Shown here: positions 9,528 through 19,200 of the stretch, in pieces
Layout of the letters: every line of letters begins with the position of its first letter
How positions within the stretch are numbered: the first letter of the stretch is position 1
Program-made: the position numbers and the translations under genes
Notes under the pieces: model-generated
Database searches by the model: none
Told to the model about the DNA's origin: nothing
The model's input: only the letters and a program-made list of their open reading frames with translations
IMG/VR virus record: IMGVR_UViG_3300049792_000039
Span: 1 to 42,062 of that record
Source: a virus
Taxonomy: Duplodnaviria; Caudoviricetes
Direction: 5' to 3' (one strand)
Length of the DNA stretch: 42,062 nt

Positions 9528-10194
9528 TCTTCACCCGCTTCCGTCCTGGGATAGCGCCAAAACCTGGGACACTTTTGTCAAGGGCACCTTCCACCAGGAC
9601 GTCCGCATGGTCGAGTGCCAGAAGTCGCAGGACGACCTCGACCGCTACAGCCAGCTGATCGAAGAGACTCAACCGGATCTGGTCATCGAAACCGGAACCA
9701 GGGAAGGCGGATCCGCTCTGTGGTTCGCCGATCAGGGCCTTCAGGTTGTCACTGTCGATCTGATCGGTGGGGCTGGTCAAGCCGCCCGGCGCAGGGCATC
9801 CGACGCCGACATCCACTACTTCGGTGGATACAGCTCGGTCAACGTGCCGCAGGCCGACCTCGTCAAGATCCACGAGCTTGCCAAGGGCAAGCGGGTGATG
9901 GTCTCGCTGGATTCGGATCACCACACGCCGCACGTCATCAACGAGATTTACTACTGGCTGTCGTTTGTGACCCCCGGCTGCTATTTGGTCATCGAGGACG
10001 CCTGCTTCGACATGTGGGCACCCGACAAGGCTCGAGTCGGTGGGGCGCGAATCCCGGAAATGGGCGGGCCGCTCGTCGCGATCCAGGAGACCGCCGAAGC
10101 ACTCATGTCGGTGGGCTTCTGGCGCGACGAGCTGCTGGAAGGCCTAACCCCGGTCTCACACTCGCCGGTTGGATGGTGGAGGAACAGTGACTAG
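9520..10194 (+). CDS. CmcI-family SAM-dependent (sugar) O-methyltransferase
   Basis: QKSQDDLDRY, PDLVIETGTREGGSALWFAD, VMVSLDSDH..PHV..E, VTPGCYLVIED. Confidence 0.88.
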   Translation: MLDLHPLPSWDSAKTWDTFVKGTFHQDVRMVECQKSQDDLDRYSQLIEETQPDLVIETGTREGGSALWFADQGLQVVTVDLIGGAGQAARRRASDADIHYFGGYSSVNVPQADLVKIHELAKGKRVMVSLDSDHHTPHVINEIYYWLSFVTPGCYLVIEDACFDMWAPDKARVGGARIPEMGGPLVAIQETAEALMSVGFWRDELLEGLTPVSHSPVGWWRNSD

Positions 10195-10888
10195 GCTTGC
10201 GGTTCTGGTGCCGACGCGGAGTCGCCCGCACAACATGCGACCGGTGATCGATGCTTGGTGGGCAACCGGAGCGTTCGGTGCGGCTGATTTGATTTTCGGT
10301 GTCGATGTCGATGACGCGCAATACCCGGCGTACGTCGAGATCGCGCGGTCCAACCCCCAGGTGAAGGTTGGGTTGCTCCCCGAGTGGCAACCGCTGGTCC
10401 CGAAGCTCAATTTCATGGCCCAGCTGGCAGCCAAGAACGAAGCTTACACGGCGATTGCCTTCATGGGCGATGATCACGTGCCGATCACGCCGATGTGGGC
10501 GCACATGTTGGTCCAGCACCACATGCGCAGGCCGAACTCGATCTGGTACGGGCCGGACGGTTTCCAGGACCAGAAGCTGCCGACGTGGTGGTCGATGGAT
10601 TCTCGGATCGTCCGGGCGCTCGGCGGGAGGATGGTTCCGGCTCCCGTCCAGCACATGTACTGCGATAACTCGGTCATGGAGCTTGGCAAGAAGACCGGCT
10701 CGCTCAACTACGATGAGCGAATTCTCATCGAGCATCGGCACCCGTTCGCCGGTAAAGGCAAGATGGATGCCCAGTACGAGCGGGTCAACCGGACTCAACA
10801 GTACGAGCGAGACGGCTTGGCGTTCCAGCGATGGATGGCTGACGGCCTAGAGGCAGATGCTAAGCTACTGTCGAGCGTAGGGGGGTGA
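10187..10888 (+). CDS. Glycosyltransferase, GT2-like
   Basis: LAVLVPTRSRP, FGVDVDD, FMGDDH (DD motif), HMYCDN, IEHRHP. Confidence 0.85.
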   Translation: MTRLAVLVPTRSRPHNMRPVIDAWWATGAFGAADLIFGVDVDDAQYPAYVEIARSNPQVKVGLLPEWQPLVPKLNFMAQLAAKNEAYTAIAFMGDDHVPITPMWAHMLVQHHMRRPNSIWYGPDGFQDQKLPTWWSMDSRIVRALGGRMVPAPVQHMYCDNSVMELGKKTGSLNYDERILIEHRHPFAGKGKMDAQYERVNRTQQYERDGLAFQRWMADGLEADAKLLSSVGG

Positions 10889-10892
10889 CAGC

Positions 10893-11489
10893 ATGGCGAT
10901 CGGGGACCCGTACAACTCCCTGGCCGAATTCAAGGGTGTCCTGGGCATCACGTCGAACGAGGAAGACGACTGGATCACCACGTGCCTTAACGGTGCGAGG
11001 CGAGCGATCGAGACTCGTTCGGGATGGCCGACCTTCTGGAATACCGTCACCCCCGTGACCCGGACAGTGGAGACTGTCGGCAAGGTGGTCCCCGTTCGCC
11101 GTGCTGGATACTCCTACTGCAAGCTCCTGCTTCGTGATGGTATTGCGTCGGCCACCGGGTTCTCCGTGGCAGGCTATGGGTCGGCCAGCCTGATCGACAT
11201 CGATCGGCTGGCGGAGGGCAAGCCGATCGATTCGATCAAAATCCCGGCCTACTATGCGCCCAACGCAGGTGGAACCTTAGATATTCAGGCCATCTGGGGA
11301 TGGCCGCTAGTCCAGCCTGACATCAAGTGGGCACATCAGATGCAATCGCACCGGTACTACCGGCGCAAGGGAAGCCCTGAGGGTATCGCCGGGTCGGCGG
11401 AGTGGGGCCTATCCCGCGTCCCCCGCCTTGACCCCGACGTGCTGGGCATCTTGAAAGACGGCGGATACATGAGGGCGGGAATCGGCTGA
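10893..11489 (+). CDS. Head-to-tail adaptor
   Basis: YNSLAEFKGVLGI...ARRAIE...WGWP..PDIK.A...RKGSPEGIAGSAEWG..LDPDV. Confidence 0.85.
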   Translation: MAIGDPYNSLAEFKGVLGITSNEEDDWITTCLNGARRAIETRSGWPTFWNTVTPVTRTVETVGKVVPVRRAGYSYCKLLLRDGIASATGFSVAGYGSASLIDIDRLAEGKPIDSIKIPAYYAPNAGGTLDIQAIWGWPLVQPDIKWAHQMQSHRYYRRKGSPEGIAGSAEWGLSRVPRLDPDVLGILKDGGYMRAGIG

Positions 11490-11923
11490 TGGACTGGAAT
11501 GTGGCAGCACTCAAGCTTGAGGCCATCGCCGAGGGCCTCGGGCTCAACGCGTTGGACTACGTCCCGGACGACCTGCCCAACAAGGCGATCTATGTTGGTG
11601 AGATCGACATTCAGCCCAACCAGGTGATGAACCGTCGTGGGTCGGACGGCTCCCGGATGGGGGTCGACTCGGCGACCGTTACGCTGCGTCTGCTGGTTGC
11701 TAGGTCGGACGACAAGCACGCCATCCGCAAGATGCGCGAGTACATGGCCGGTTCGGGCGAGGATTCACTGATCCAGGCGATCCAGGAGACCAACAACAGG
11801 CACACCGAGTTCCCCTGGTCCGGGATCAAGGTCGTGTCGGCCCGAGGCAACCGGGTGTTTAACGTGGGCGAGGCCAAGTTCTACGGGACCGAGATTGACG
11901 TCTGGATGACAGGAGCGGCATGA
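11489..11923 (+). CDS. Tail terminator / head-tail joining protein
   Basis: Position and size; GEDSLIQAIQ pattern seen in actinophage tail terminators. Confidence 0.65.
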   Translation: MDWNVAALKLEAIAEGLGLNALDYVPDDLPNKAIYVGEIDIQPNQVMNRRGSDGSRMGVDSATVTLRLLVARSDDKHAIRKMREYMAGSGEDSLIQAIQETNNRHTEFPWSGIKVVSARGNRVFNVGEAKFYGTEIDVWMTGAA

Positions 11924-12669
11924 GCAACAACCCGATTGTTTTGCTCGACGCGCGGATGTTTGTCGCGGGGGCCGACCTGTCCGGCGCTGGCAACAAGATC
12001 GACATCAAGGAAACGGCCGAGGTCAAGAAGGTCACGAACTGGCGGTCGGGCGGAGCTGAGGAGAACAAGGCTGGTCTGTTCGGCACCGAGTGGTCGGCTG
12101 AGGGTAACTACGAGGCTGGGGACCCGAGTAAGCCGGATGACCTGTTCTGGGCGACCCGCCGGACCCTCGACCCTTGGACCGCTGCCCCGTTCGGCGACTC
12201 CGACCTTGCGGCAGGCTCGTTGATGTACCTGAACAAGGTTCTGCGAGTCGATTCGTCGTTCGGTGGTGCGGTGGGCGACGTTGACTCCTGGTCGATGTCC
12301 GGTAAGTCCACCTGGGCGCTGGCTCGGGGTAAATGTGCACACCCGTCGGGGGTGCCCCGGACCGCGACCGGCACCGGGACCATCCTGCAGATCGGAGCGG
12401 TTCCGGTCAACAAGCGGATGTACGCAAACCTGCATGTCCTGTCGGCAACCGGTACCACCCCGAGCATCACGGTCAAGGTGCAGTCGGCTGCGGCGGTCGG
12501 TTTCGCTTCTCCCACTGACCGGCTCTCGTTCGCTGCCAAGACCACTGCCGGTGGCGAGGCGCTGAGAACGGACGGGACGGCCATCACTGACCAGTACTGG
12601 CGCGTCTCGTACACGATTTCCGGTACGACCCCGAGTTTTCTGTTCCTAGTAGCGCTCGGCATCGAGTAG
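11920..12669 (+). CDS. Tail-tube-like protein with extra C-terminal beta domain (paralog of the next gene)
   Basis: N-terminus MSNNPIVLLDA...KKVTNWRSGGAEENKAGL closely matches that of 12683..13102. Confidence 0.7.
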   Translation: MSNNPIVLLDARMFVAGADLSGAGNKIDIKETAEVKKVTNWRSGGAEENKAGLFGTEWSAEGNYEAGDPSKPDDLFWATRRTLDPWTAAPFGDSDLAAGSLMYLNKVLRVDSSFGGAVGDVDSWSMSGKSTWALARGKCAHPSGVPRTATGTGTILQIGAVPVNKRMYANLHVLSATGTTPSITVKVQSAAAVGFASPTDRLSFAAKTTAGGEALRTDGTAITDQYWRVSYTISGTTPSFLFLVALGIE

Positions 12670-12682
12670 AGGAAGGTACCGC

Positions 12683-13102
12683 ATGGCAAACAATCCGATT
12701 GTTCTGCTCGACGCCACGTTTAGTTGCGCGAACAACGACCTGTCCGAGTGGATCAAAAAGATCGAGTTCAAGGACACGTTCGAGACCAAGAAGACCACCA
12801 ACTTCCGGTCCGGTGGGGCGGAGGAGAACAAGGGCGGCCTGGAGTCGTTCGAGATCGGCATCACGTTCAACCAGGACTACGATGCGGGCAAGATCGACGA
12901 GATCATGTGGGCGCTCCGGCGTGGCGTTGTCACGTTCGCCGGTCGCGCCATGCAGTCCGCCGTAACCTCGTCCAACCCGCAGTACTCGGGTAAGTTCGTG
13001 ATGAACGGCTGGACTCCGATCTCCGGTGCCGTTGGTGACGTCGGTGAGGTCGACGTGTCGTTCCCGGGTTCGGGGCCGCTGGTCCGGGCGACCTCCACCT
13101 GA
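12683..13102 (+). CDS. Major tail tube protein
   Basis: Strong RBS, size, SNPQYSG...PISGAVGDV...SFPGSG motif, followed by a hairpin; ends in ATST. Confidence 0.8.
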   Translation: MANNPIVLLDATFSCANNDLSEWIKKIEFKDTFETKKTTNFRSGGAEENKGGLESFEIGITFNQDYDAGKIDEIMWALRRGVVTFAGRAMQSAVTSSNPQYSGKFVMNGWTPISGAVGDVGEVDVSFPGSGPLVRATST

Positions 13103-13112
13103 TTCACCGTCT

Positions 13113-13152
13113 CCGTGCCCCCGGGACTCCCCCCATGGTCCTGGGGGCACGG
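13113..13152 (+). terminator. Stem-loop after the tail tube gene
   Basis: CCGTGCCCCCGGGAC ... GTCCTGGGGGCACGG. Confidence 0.65.
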
Positions 13153-13195
13153 TCATACCAGCCGGGGCACACGAGTTCGCGGGAGGACACGGGAG

Positions 13196-13333
13196 ATGGG
13201 TCGTGTGGCGGTGCGGATCGTCCGACGAGGGGCAGTATGGCTGGTGATCGGCCGGAAGACCTCCGTTGAATGCCAAACGTTCGAGGAAGCCTGGGAGGCG
13301 AGCGTGCCATACTTCGCGGGGCGAGCATGGTGA
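13196..13333 (+). CDS. Small hypothetical protein (45 aa)
   Basis: RBS-like GGAGG/GGGAG upstream; MGRVAVRIVRRGAVWLVIG...FEEAWEA; overlaps the next start. Confidence 0.45.
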   Translation: MGRVAVRIVRRGAVWLVIGRKTSVECQTFEEAWEASVPYFAGRAW

Positions 13334-13821
13334 TCGGGGTTAACAACGACCTGGGCGACGTCATGCGCGAGATGCGCAAAGGCCTCGCCAAGGCATCGGA
13401 CGGGAAGCTGCTCAAGCGCAATGTCTCCAAGCGTCTCCGGGTGATCATGAACCCGCTGGTGCAGGACCAGCGGGCAAGGGTCCTGCGGCTGCCGTCCAAA
13501 GGGCACTCGGGGCAGTCGCTCCGGCAGGCGGTGGCGAGGCAGACCAGGGCAGCGACCCGCTGGTCCGGGAGAGATGCCGGAATCCAGATTATCCAGCGAA
13601 GCCGGGGGATGCCGCGCAACTTCCCCATGGCTGGTCGCATGCTGAACCGGGAAGAGGGTTGGTCGCCCCAGACTCTCGGCGGTGAGGTCGTCCACCAGCA
13701 GGTCAAGCCATCGGGCTGGTTCGATGAGCCGGTCAAGGGTAAGCGACGTGAGATCGGTCGCGAGGTGCGTGCGGCGTTGGAGGATACTGCTGATACGATC
13801 GCACGGTCAGCACACGGCTGA
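13327..13821 (+). CDS. Tail completion / HK97 gp10-like protein
   Basis: Basic protein before the tail chaperone; QQVKPSGWFDEP motif. Confidence 0.6.
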   Translation: MVIGVNNDLGDVMREMRKGLAKASDGKLLKRNVSKRLRVIMNPLVQDQRARVLRLPSKGHSGQSLRQAVARQTRAATRWSGRDAGIQIIQRSRGMPRNFPMAGRMLNREEGWSPQTLGGEVVHQQVKPSGWFDEPVKGKRREIGREVRAALEDTADTIARSAHG

Positions 13822-13842
13822 CCACACGCTTAAGGACGAGAC

Positions 13843-14301
13843 ATGCATGTGGAGTGGGACCCGGAATCGGGTGAGGACAAGCAGACCTGGCAGTTCGACT
13901 CGGGTGACGTCACGCGCAAGCAGGCGACCCTGATCGAGAAGCACTACGGCGGGTCGTATGACCAATGGCTCGCCGGGTTGATGGGCGGCCAGATCCAGGC
14001 TCGAACGGTGTTGCTGTGGTATATGCTGCTACAGGTCCACAGCAACATCAAGTTCGAGGACATCCCGGACTTCCGGGTTCGGCAGCTGACCGTACAGATG
14101 GGCGTGACCGAACTGCGCGACCTGTGGAAGAAGGTCCAGCGCATGCGGCTCTCCGCTGACGAACGGGAAGCGTTCGAGGCCCAGTTTGAAGAGGACATGC
14201 GGGACGCGATGGTTCGTGAGGGGCGCGACCCGTCTGGTGTCCGCATCGACGGCAAGAAGCTGGAGTTGGAGGGAGTCGAAGGGCTCCCAAAACCGCAATA
14301 A
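13843..14301 (+). CDS. Tail assembly chaperone (short form)
   Basis: Directly upstream of the tape measure gene; ends with a slippery sequence. Confidence 0.8.
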   Translation: MHVEWDPESGEDKQTWQFDSGDVTRKQATLIEKHYGGSYDQWLAGLMGGQIQARTVLLWYMLLQVHSNIKFEDIPDFRVRQLTVQMGVTELRDLWKKVQRMRLSADEREAFEAQFEEDMRDAMVREGRDPSGVRIDGKKLELEGVEGLPKPQ

Positions 14302-14441
14302 CCCGGGAAACCCGGGAGTACTGGTTGGATGTGGCGCACCACCTGCACATCTCGCCTCGCGATCAAGACGAGCTGACGATGGTGGAGTGGGCAGAGGCGG
14401 TAGCGGCAGTCGAGGCCATCAGGGCTGAGGCAGCGAAGTAG
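14286..14441 (+). CDS. -1 frameshift extension of the tail assembly chaperone
   Basis: C CCA AAA heptamer at 14286-14292; the -1 frame reads TAITRETREYWLDVAHHLHISPRDQDELTMVEWAEAVAAVEAIRAEAAK to TAG at 14441. Confidence 0.8.
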   Translation, partial: PKTAITRETREYWLDVAHHLHISPRDQDELTMVEWAEAVAAVEAIRAEAAK

Positions 14442-14456
14442 AACAGGCGGTTGGGG

Positions 14457-16292
14457 ATGGCAGATACTAGCTTGATCTGGAACATCATTGCCAGGGACAA
14501 GACCACTGCCGTCCTCAACAAGCTTGAGGCTCGAGCCTCGTCGGTCGGCAAGACGATGGGTGTTGCCCTCGGTCCGGCGTTGCTGCCCATGCTGGCCGTC
14601 GGCGCGTCGTCGGTCGTCAGCTTGGGCACCGTGTTGGCCAGTGCGGGGGTCGCTGCCGGGGTGTTCGGGGCTGTGGTCAAGAGCGCCATGACCGAGGTCG
14701 GTGAGCAGGCCACCAAGGTTACCGACCTGAACGATAAGATCCAGCTCTACGGCCGCGAAGCCAAGCTGGCGGCTGCCGCCGGTGAGGACAACTCGAAGTA
14801 TCTGAAAAAGCAAGCTGATGCGGCCATGGAACTTAAGGCCCGGCTCGCCAGCCTGCCGCCCGAGACCCGCAACGCCACCACGGCGTTCATCGGGATGAAG
14901 AATGACTGGCAGGATTTCGTCGATCACAACAAGCCCGCGACGTTTAATCTGATGGCCAGCGGGTACAAGCTGATCGGCCAGGTCATCGGCAAGCTCCAGC
15001 CGTTCTTCGACATGGCAGCCAGCGCAGCCAACCGGCTGTTCGGGCGGGTCCAGGGTCTGGTAGCTGGCGGGTTCATCGAGCGGCTATCGGCGCGGGCCGG
15101 TCCGGCGTTGCAGACCCTCACCTCGATCATCATCAACGTCAGCTCGGCCGTCGGCAAGATGGCTGGGAAGTTCGGTGCGGTTCAGGGTCAGGGCATCCTT
15201 GAGTGGATCGAGCGGGTCACCCGCCGGTGGTCGGAGTGGGCGTCGGCCACCGACCGGAATCAGGGTGTCAACAAGCTGATGTCGTACATCAGCACTAACG
15301 GCCCCAGGGTGTTCTCGACCCTGCAGAACATCGCGTCGGCAGCTATCCACATTGCCCAGGCGGTCAGCCCGCTTGCCCCGCTCTCGTTGGCCATCGCGTC
15401 TGGCCTGGCCAGTCTGGTCCAAGCGATCCCGCCGAATGTCCTTACCGCGCTGGTCGCCGGGTTCATCGCGTTCAACGCGGCGATGAGGATTTACGCTCTC
15501 GGGTCGGCAATCGCGACGGCAGCCCAGTGGGCGATGAACAGCTCCCTGCTTGCGTCGCCGATCACCTGGATCGTCCTGGCCATCGCCGCGCTGATCGCGA
15601 TCATCGTGTTGGTGGCCACTAAGACCAGGTTCTTCCAGACCATCTGGGAGCACGTCTGGGGGTTCATGAAGGGCGTAGGCGCGTGGTTTGCCGGACCGTT
15701 TGCTAATTTCTTCGTTGCGCTGTGGAACAAGATCGTGGCGGCGTTCAACGGAATCAAAAACCACATCTCGTCGGCCATCAACGACGTCAAGGCTAAGTTC
15801 CGCCTGTGGTCTGCGGCAGCGGGCATCGCCAAGGATTTGATCGTGGCCAAGTTTACGTCAGTGGTCAACTTTATTAAGGGCATCCCGGGCAAGATTCGGT
15901 CGCAGCTGTCCAACATGTTTGCCCCCCTGTGGAACGGCTTCCGAGGGTTCCTCAACCGGATCATTGGCGGGTGGAACAGCCTGCACTTCGGGATCCCCGG
16001 GTTCTCGTTCGCGGGCATCTCGGTGCCGGGTGTTAACGTCGGGGTGCCGCGCATCCCGTACCTTGCTCGGGGCGGCACGGTTACCGAGGAGGGCTTGGCA
16101 TACATCCACCGCCGGGAGACGGTCACCCCAGCCGCGAAGGTCACGCCATTCCGAGGTGGCGGTAACGACGGGGGTGCTACCCTCACCATCAAGGGCGACG
16201 GCAGCAGGACCTCGCGTTTCCTGGTTGAGCTGCTGCGGGAGGCCATCCGGGACCAGGGGGGCGACGTGGTGAAGGTGCTGACGCCAGCATGA
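14457..16292 (+). CDS. Tape measure protein
   Basis: Long Ala/Gly-rich helical protein; SPITWIVLAIAALIA, W/F periodicity, IPYLARGG. Confidence 0.93.
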   Translation: MADTSLIWNIIARDKTTAVLNKLEARASSVGKTMGVALGPALLPMLAVGASSVVSLGTVLASAGVAAGVFGAVVKSAMTEVGEQATKVTDLNDKIQLYGREAKLAAAAGEDNSKYLKKQADAAMELKARLASLPPETRNATTAFIGMKNDWQDFVDHNKPATFNLMASGYKLIGQVIGKLQPFFDMAASAANRLFGRVQGLVAGGFIERLSARAGPALQTLTSIIINVSSAVGKMAGKFGAVQGQGILEWIERVTRRWSEWASATDRNQGVNKLMSYISTNGPRVFSTLQNIASAAIHIAQAVSPLAPLSLAIASGLASLVQAIPPNVLTALVAGFIAFNAAMRIYALGSAIATAAQWAMNSSLLASPITWIVLAIAALIAIIVLVATKTRFFQTIWEHVWGFMKGVGAWFAGPFANFFVALWNKIVAAFNGIKNHISSAINDVKAKFRLWSAAAGIAKDLIVAKFTSVVNFIKGIPGKIRSQLSNMFAPLWNGFRGFLNRIIGGWNSLHFGIPGFSFAGISVPGVNVGVPRIPYLARGGTVTEEGLAYIHRRETVTPAAKVTPFRGGGNDGGATLTIKGDGSRTSRFLVELLREAIRDQGGDVVKVLTPA

Positions 16293-19200
16293 CGGGGATT
16301 ACGCCGGTAACGCCGGTTGTCGAGATGCTGATCGGCGGGGTGTGGACCGATATTACCGCCGACGTCCGGCTGAGCAGCGCTCACTCGGGTGGAGGGATCC
16401 GGATCACCCGAGGGGTACCGAACGAGGGCAGCATTGCCGACCCCACCGAGGTTTCGTTTGTCCTGGACAACACCGGTGGTAAGTATAGCCCGAAGAACGA
16501 GCTGTCGGTTAATTACGGTAAGCTTGGCCGGAACACCCCTGTTAGGTTTGCGCTGTCCCGGCGGCAGGACGACTTCATCCACACAGAAGTCGACAACTGG
16601 GGGCGTCTACCGAGTTGGACCGACTCCGAGAACAAAACCATCCTTGGCGAGAAGTGGCGGATTACGGGGGCTGGATCCCGGTTTGACATGTCCGGCGGCA
16701 CGGCCACGATTGCCGCTGGTGCCGGAATCTCAGCGGCCACGTTCGGCACATACGGAGATGTCGAGGTAATTACCAAGGTCAAGGTGAGCAACCTGACCTC
16801 GGAGTTCGGGATCATGCTCCGGCTTGATGACCCGGCGCTCGACGAGCAGGACTGGGAGTCCGGTCTCGGTTCCTGGACGGCAGGAGGTGGCACCATCGCC
16901 ATCTCGTCAGTCCAAGTCCACGCGGGTACCCAATCCGCTCTGCTCACCACCTCCGGGTCCCCAGCACAGACCACCACCCGAGGAGCCTCGGTCCTGGTCA
17001 CCCCCGGCAGGGCCTACCGGGGGGTGATGTGGGTCCGGTGCTCGGTCGCCCGCACCATCACTGGGGTGATCGACTGGTATGACCAGAACCTTAACCTCAT
17101 TTCGTCCGGCACCAGCGGAGTGGCCGTAGCAGCGAACACCTGGACACTGATCGAAGTGGACTCGACCGCTCCCGACACCGCCTACTATGCGCAGTACGGG
17201 CCGACCGTGGGAAGCAGCCCGGCCAACGGGACGCTCCTGTTCGTCGACGACCTGGCGCTGGTCGAGACCACCCTGTTCGATGCATACACCGCCTATATCA
17301 CGCCCGGGTCGCCCGACCTGCTCCGGCTGGGGACGTTGACCCACGACGGCGGGGCGCTTGCCTCTTCGGTCTCGCTGGGCACGAGCATCGTCGCCGGTGA
17401 TTACTGGTGGATGAAGGCGCAGATCAACGGCATCCGCCGACGGGTGAAGTGGTGGAAAGACGGGACGGCCGAGCCGTCAACGTGGGGAGTGCGGCAGGCG
17501 CGCACCAACCAGGACAGCGGGAAGGTCTTCCCGCCTAAGGTCGGCATGGTTGGTTTGTACGCGCAGGGCGGCAGCGCGGTGGTCACGTTCGACTCGATCC
17601 AGGTTAACGTCTGGCGTGCTCACGCCGAGATCACCCAGCTCCCACCCCGTTGGGATCTGAGCCGCCAAGATCAATGGGCACCGATCACCGCCAAGGGGAT
17701 CACTCGGCGGCTCGGGCAGGGACGCAAGGCGTTGGAGTCGTCGACCACTCTGTATCTCAAGGGCTACACGGCTTCCAAAACCTGGGCACCGTTGGAGGCG
17801 TTCGAGTCCGGAGCGATCTCGGTGCCGAATTTGGTGGCCGGTGCTCCGGTGCCGATCGCCCGCAATCTCACGTTGGCGGCCCCCGACACTACTGGCACGT
17901 TGGCGCTGCCCGGCATCGCAGGATACGCCGACTTTGACCAGGACACGTCGTTTTTGCAGGTCGGCGCGGCTCCCGGTGCCGCTGCCGGGGTGTGGAGCTA
18001 CCTGAACTTCATCAGGATACCGAACGCTCCGGCGTCTGACATTCTGATGTACAAGGTGGAGACGTCCGGCACGGCGGCGTATTTCCTGATCTACCACCAG
18101 CCGGACCGGGGTGTTCGGGTGGAGGCTCGCACCCGGACCGATGTGCTGCTGTCGTCCAGCGTCGCGGCAATGTACAACGGGACCGCCGACCTGCCGTACG
18201 GGTGTTGGCTCGCTGCCAACTTGTACGTCTACGACTCCGGCGGCACGGTCTCCTGGGCGTGGAACTACCATCGCCCTGGTAGCACGGTGTTTCTGACCTG
18301 TAACGGTACTTTCGCCGGGAGCGCGGGCATTTTCTCTCGGGCGACGTATCAGAGTAGCTCGGTGCACACCGCTGCGGGCAACATGCAGGTCACTCAGTCG
18401 TTCCACTACCCGGGCGACCTCCCGTTCGTGACGTCGGCTTTCGCGAGGGCGGCGTACGCCTACATCGGTGAAGAGGCGATTGTTCGGTGGGAGCGGATTG
18501 CCGACAGCCAGTTCATCCCGCACTCGACCATCGGCGTCACGACCGGCTCTAAGGAACTGGGCGCGCAGACGCCGTCCAAGGCCCTAGATTTGATGCAGGA
18601 AGCCGCGCAGCTCGACTACTCGGACATGTACGAGGAACGAGATGACTTTGCGATTAACCTGCACACTCGGGATGCGATGTGGAACCAGCGGCCGGTCGAA
18701 CTGGATATCGACCTCGGCCATCTGACCGAACCGCTGGAGCCGGTCGATGACGATCAGCTCACCCGCAACGACATCACCGTGTCTCGGCCGGAGGGCGGGT
18801 TTGCTAGGTCGGTCCAGCTTACCGGGCCGCTGAACGTCAACGAGCCGGAGGTGGATGCCAGTGGCGTCGGAGTTTACGACGAGGCGTCCTCGCTGAATTA
18901 TCGGTCGGATGACCTGCTCCAGGCTGTCGCTGACTGGAAACGATCTCGGGGCACGCTCGACGTGATCCGGTATCCGAACATGATGGCTAACCTCAACTCG
19001 GAATGCTACGATTCTGATCCCAAGCTGGCGATGGCTCTCCTGTCATGCGACATCGGCGATCTGCTGAAGGTCACCAATCGCGAGGTCAGCAGGGAGCCGA
19101 CTTACCAGTGGATCCGGTCGTATGAAGAAACGATCGACCAATACGACTACACGCTGTCGTTCGTCACTCAGCCGGGCGACATGCTGCGAGTCGGTGTGGT

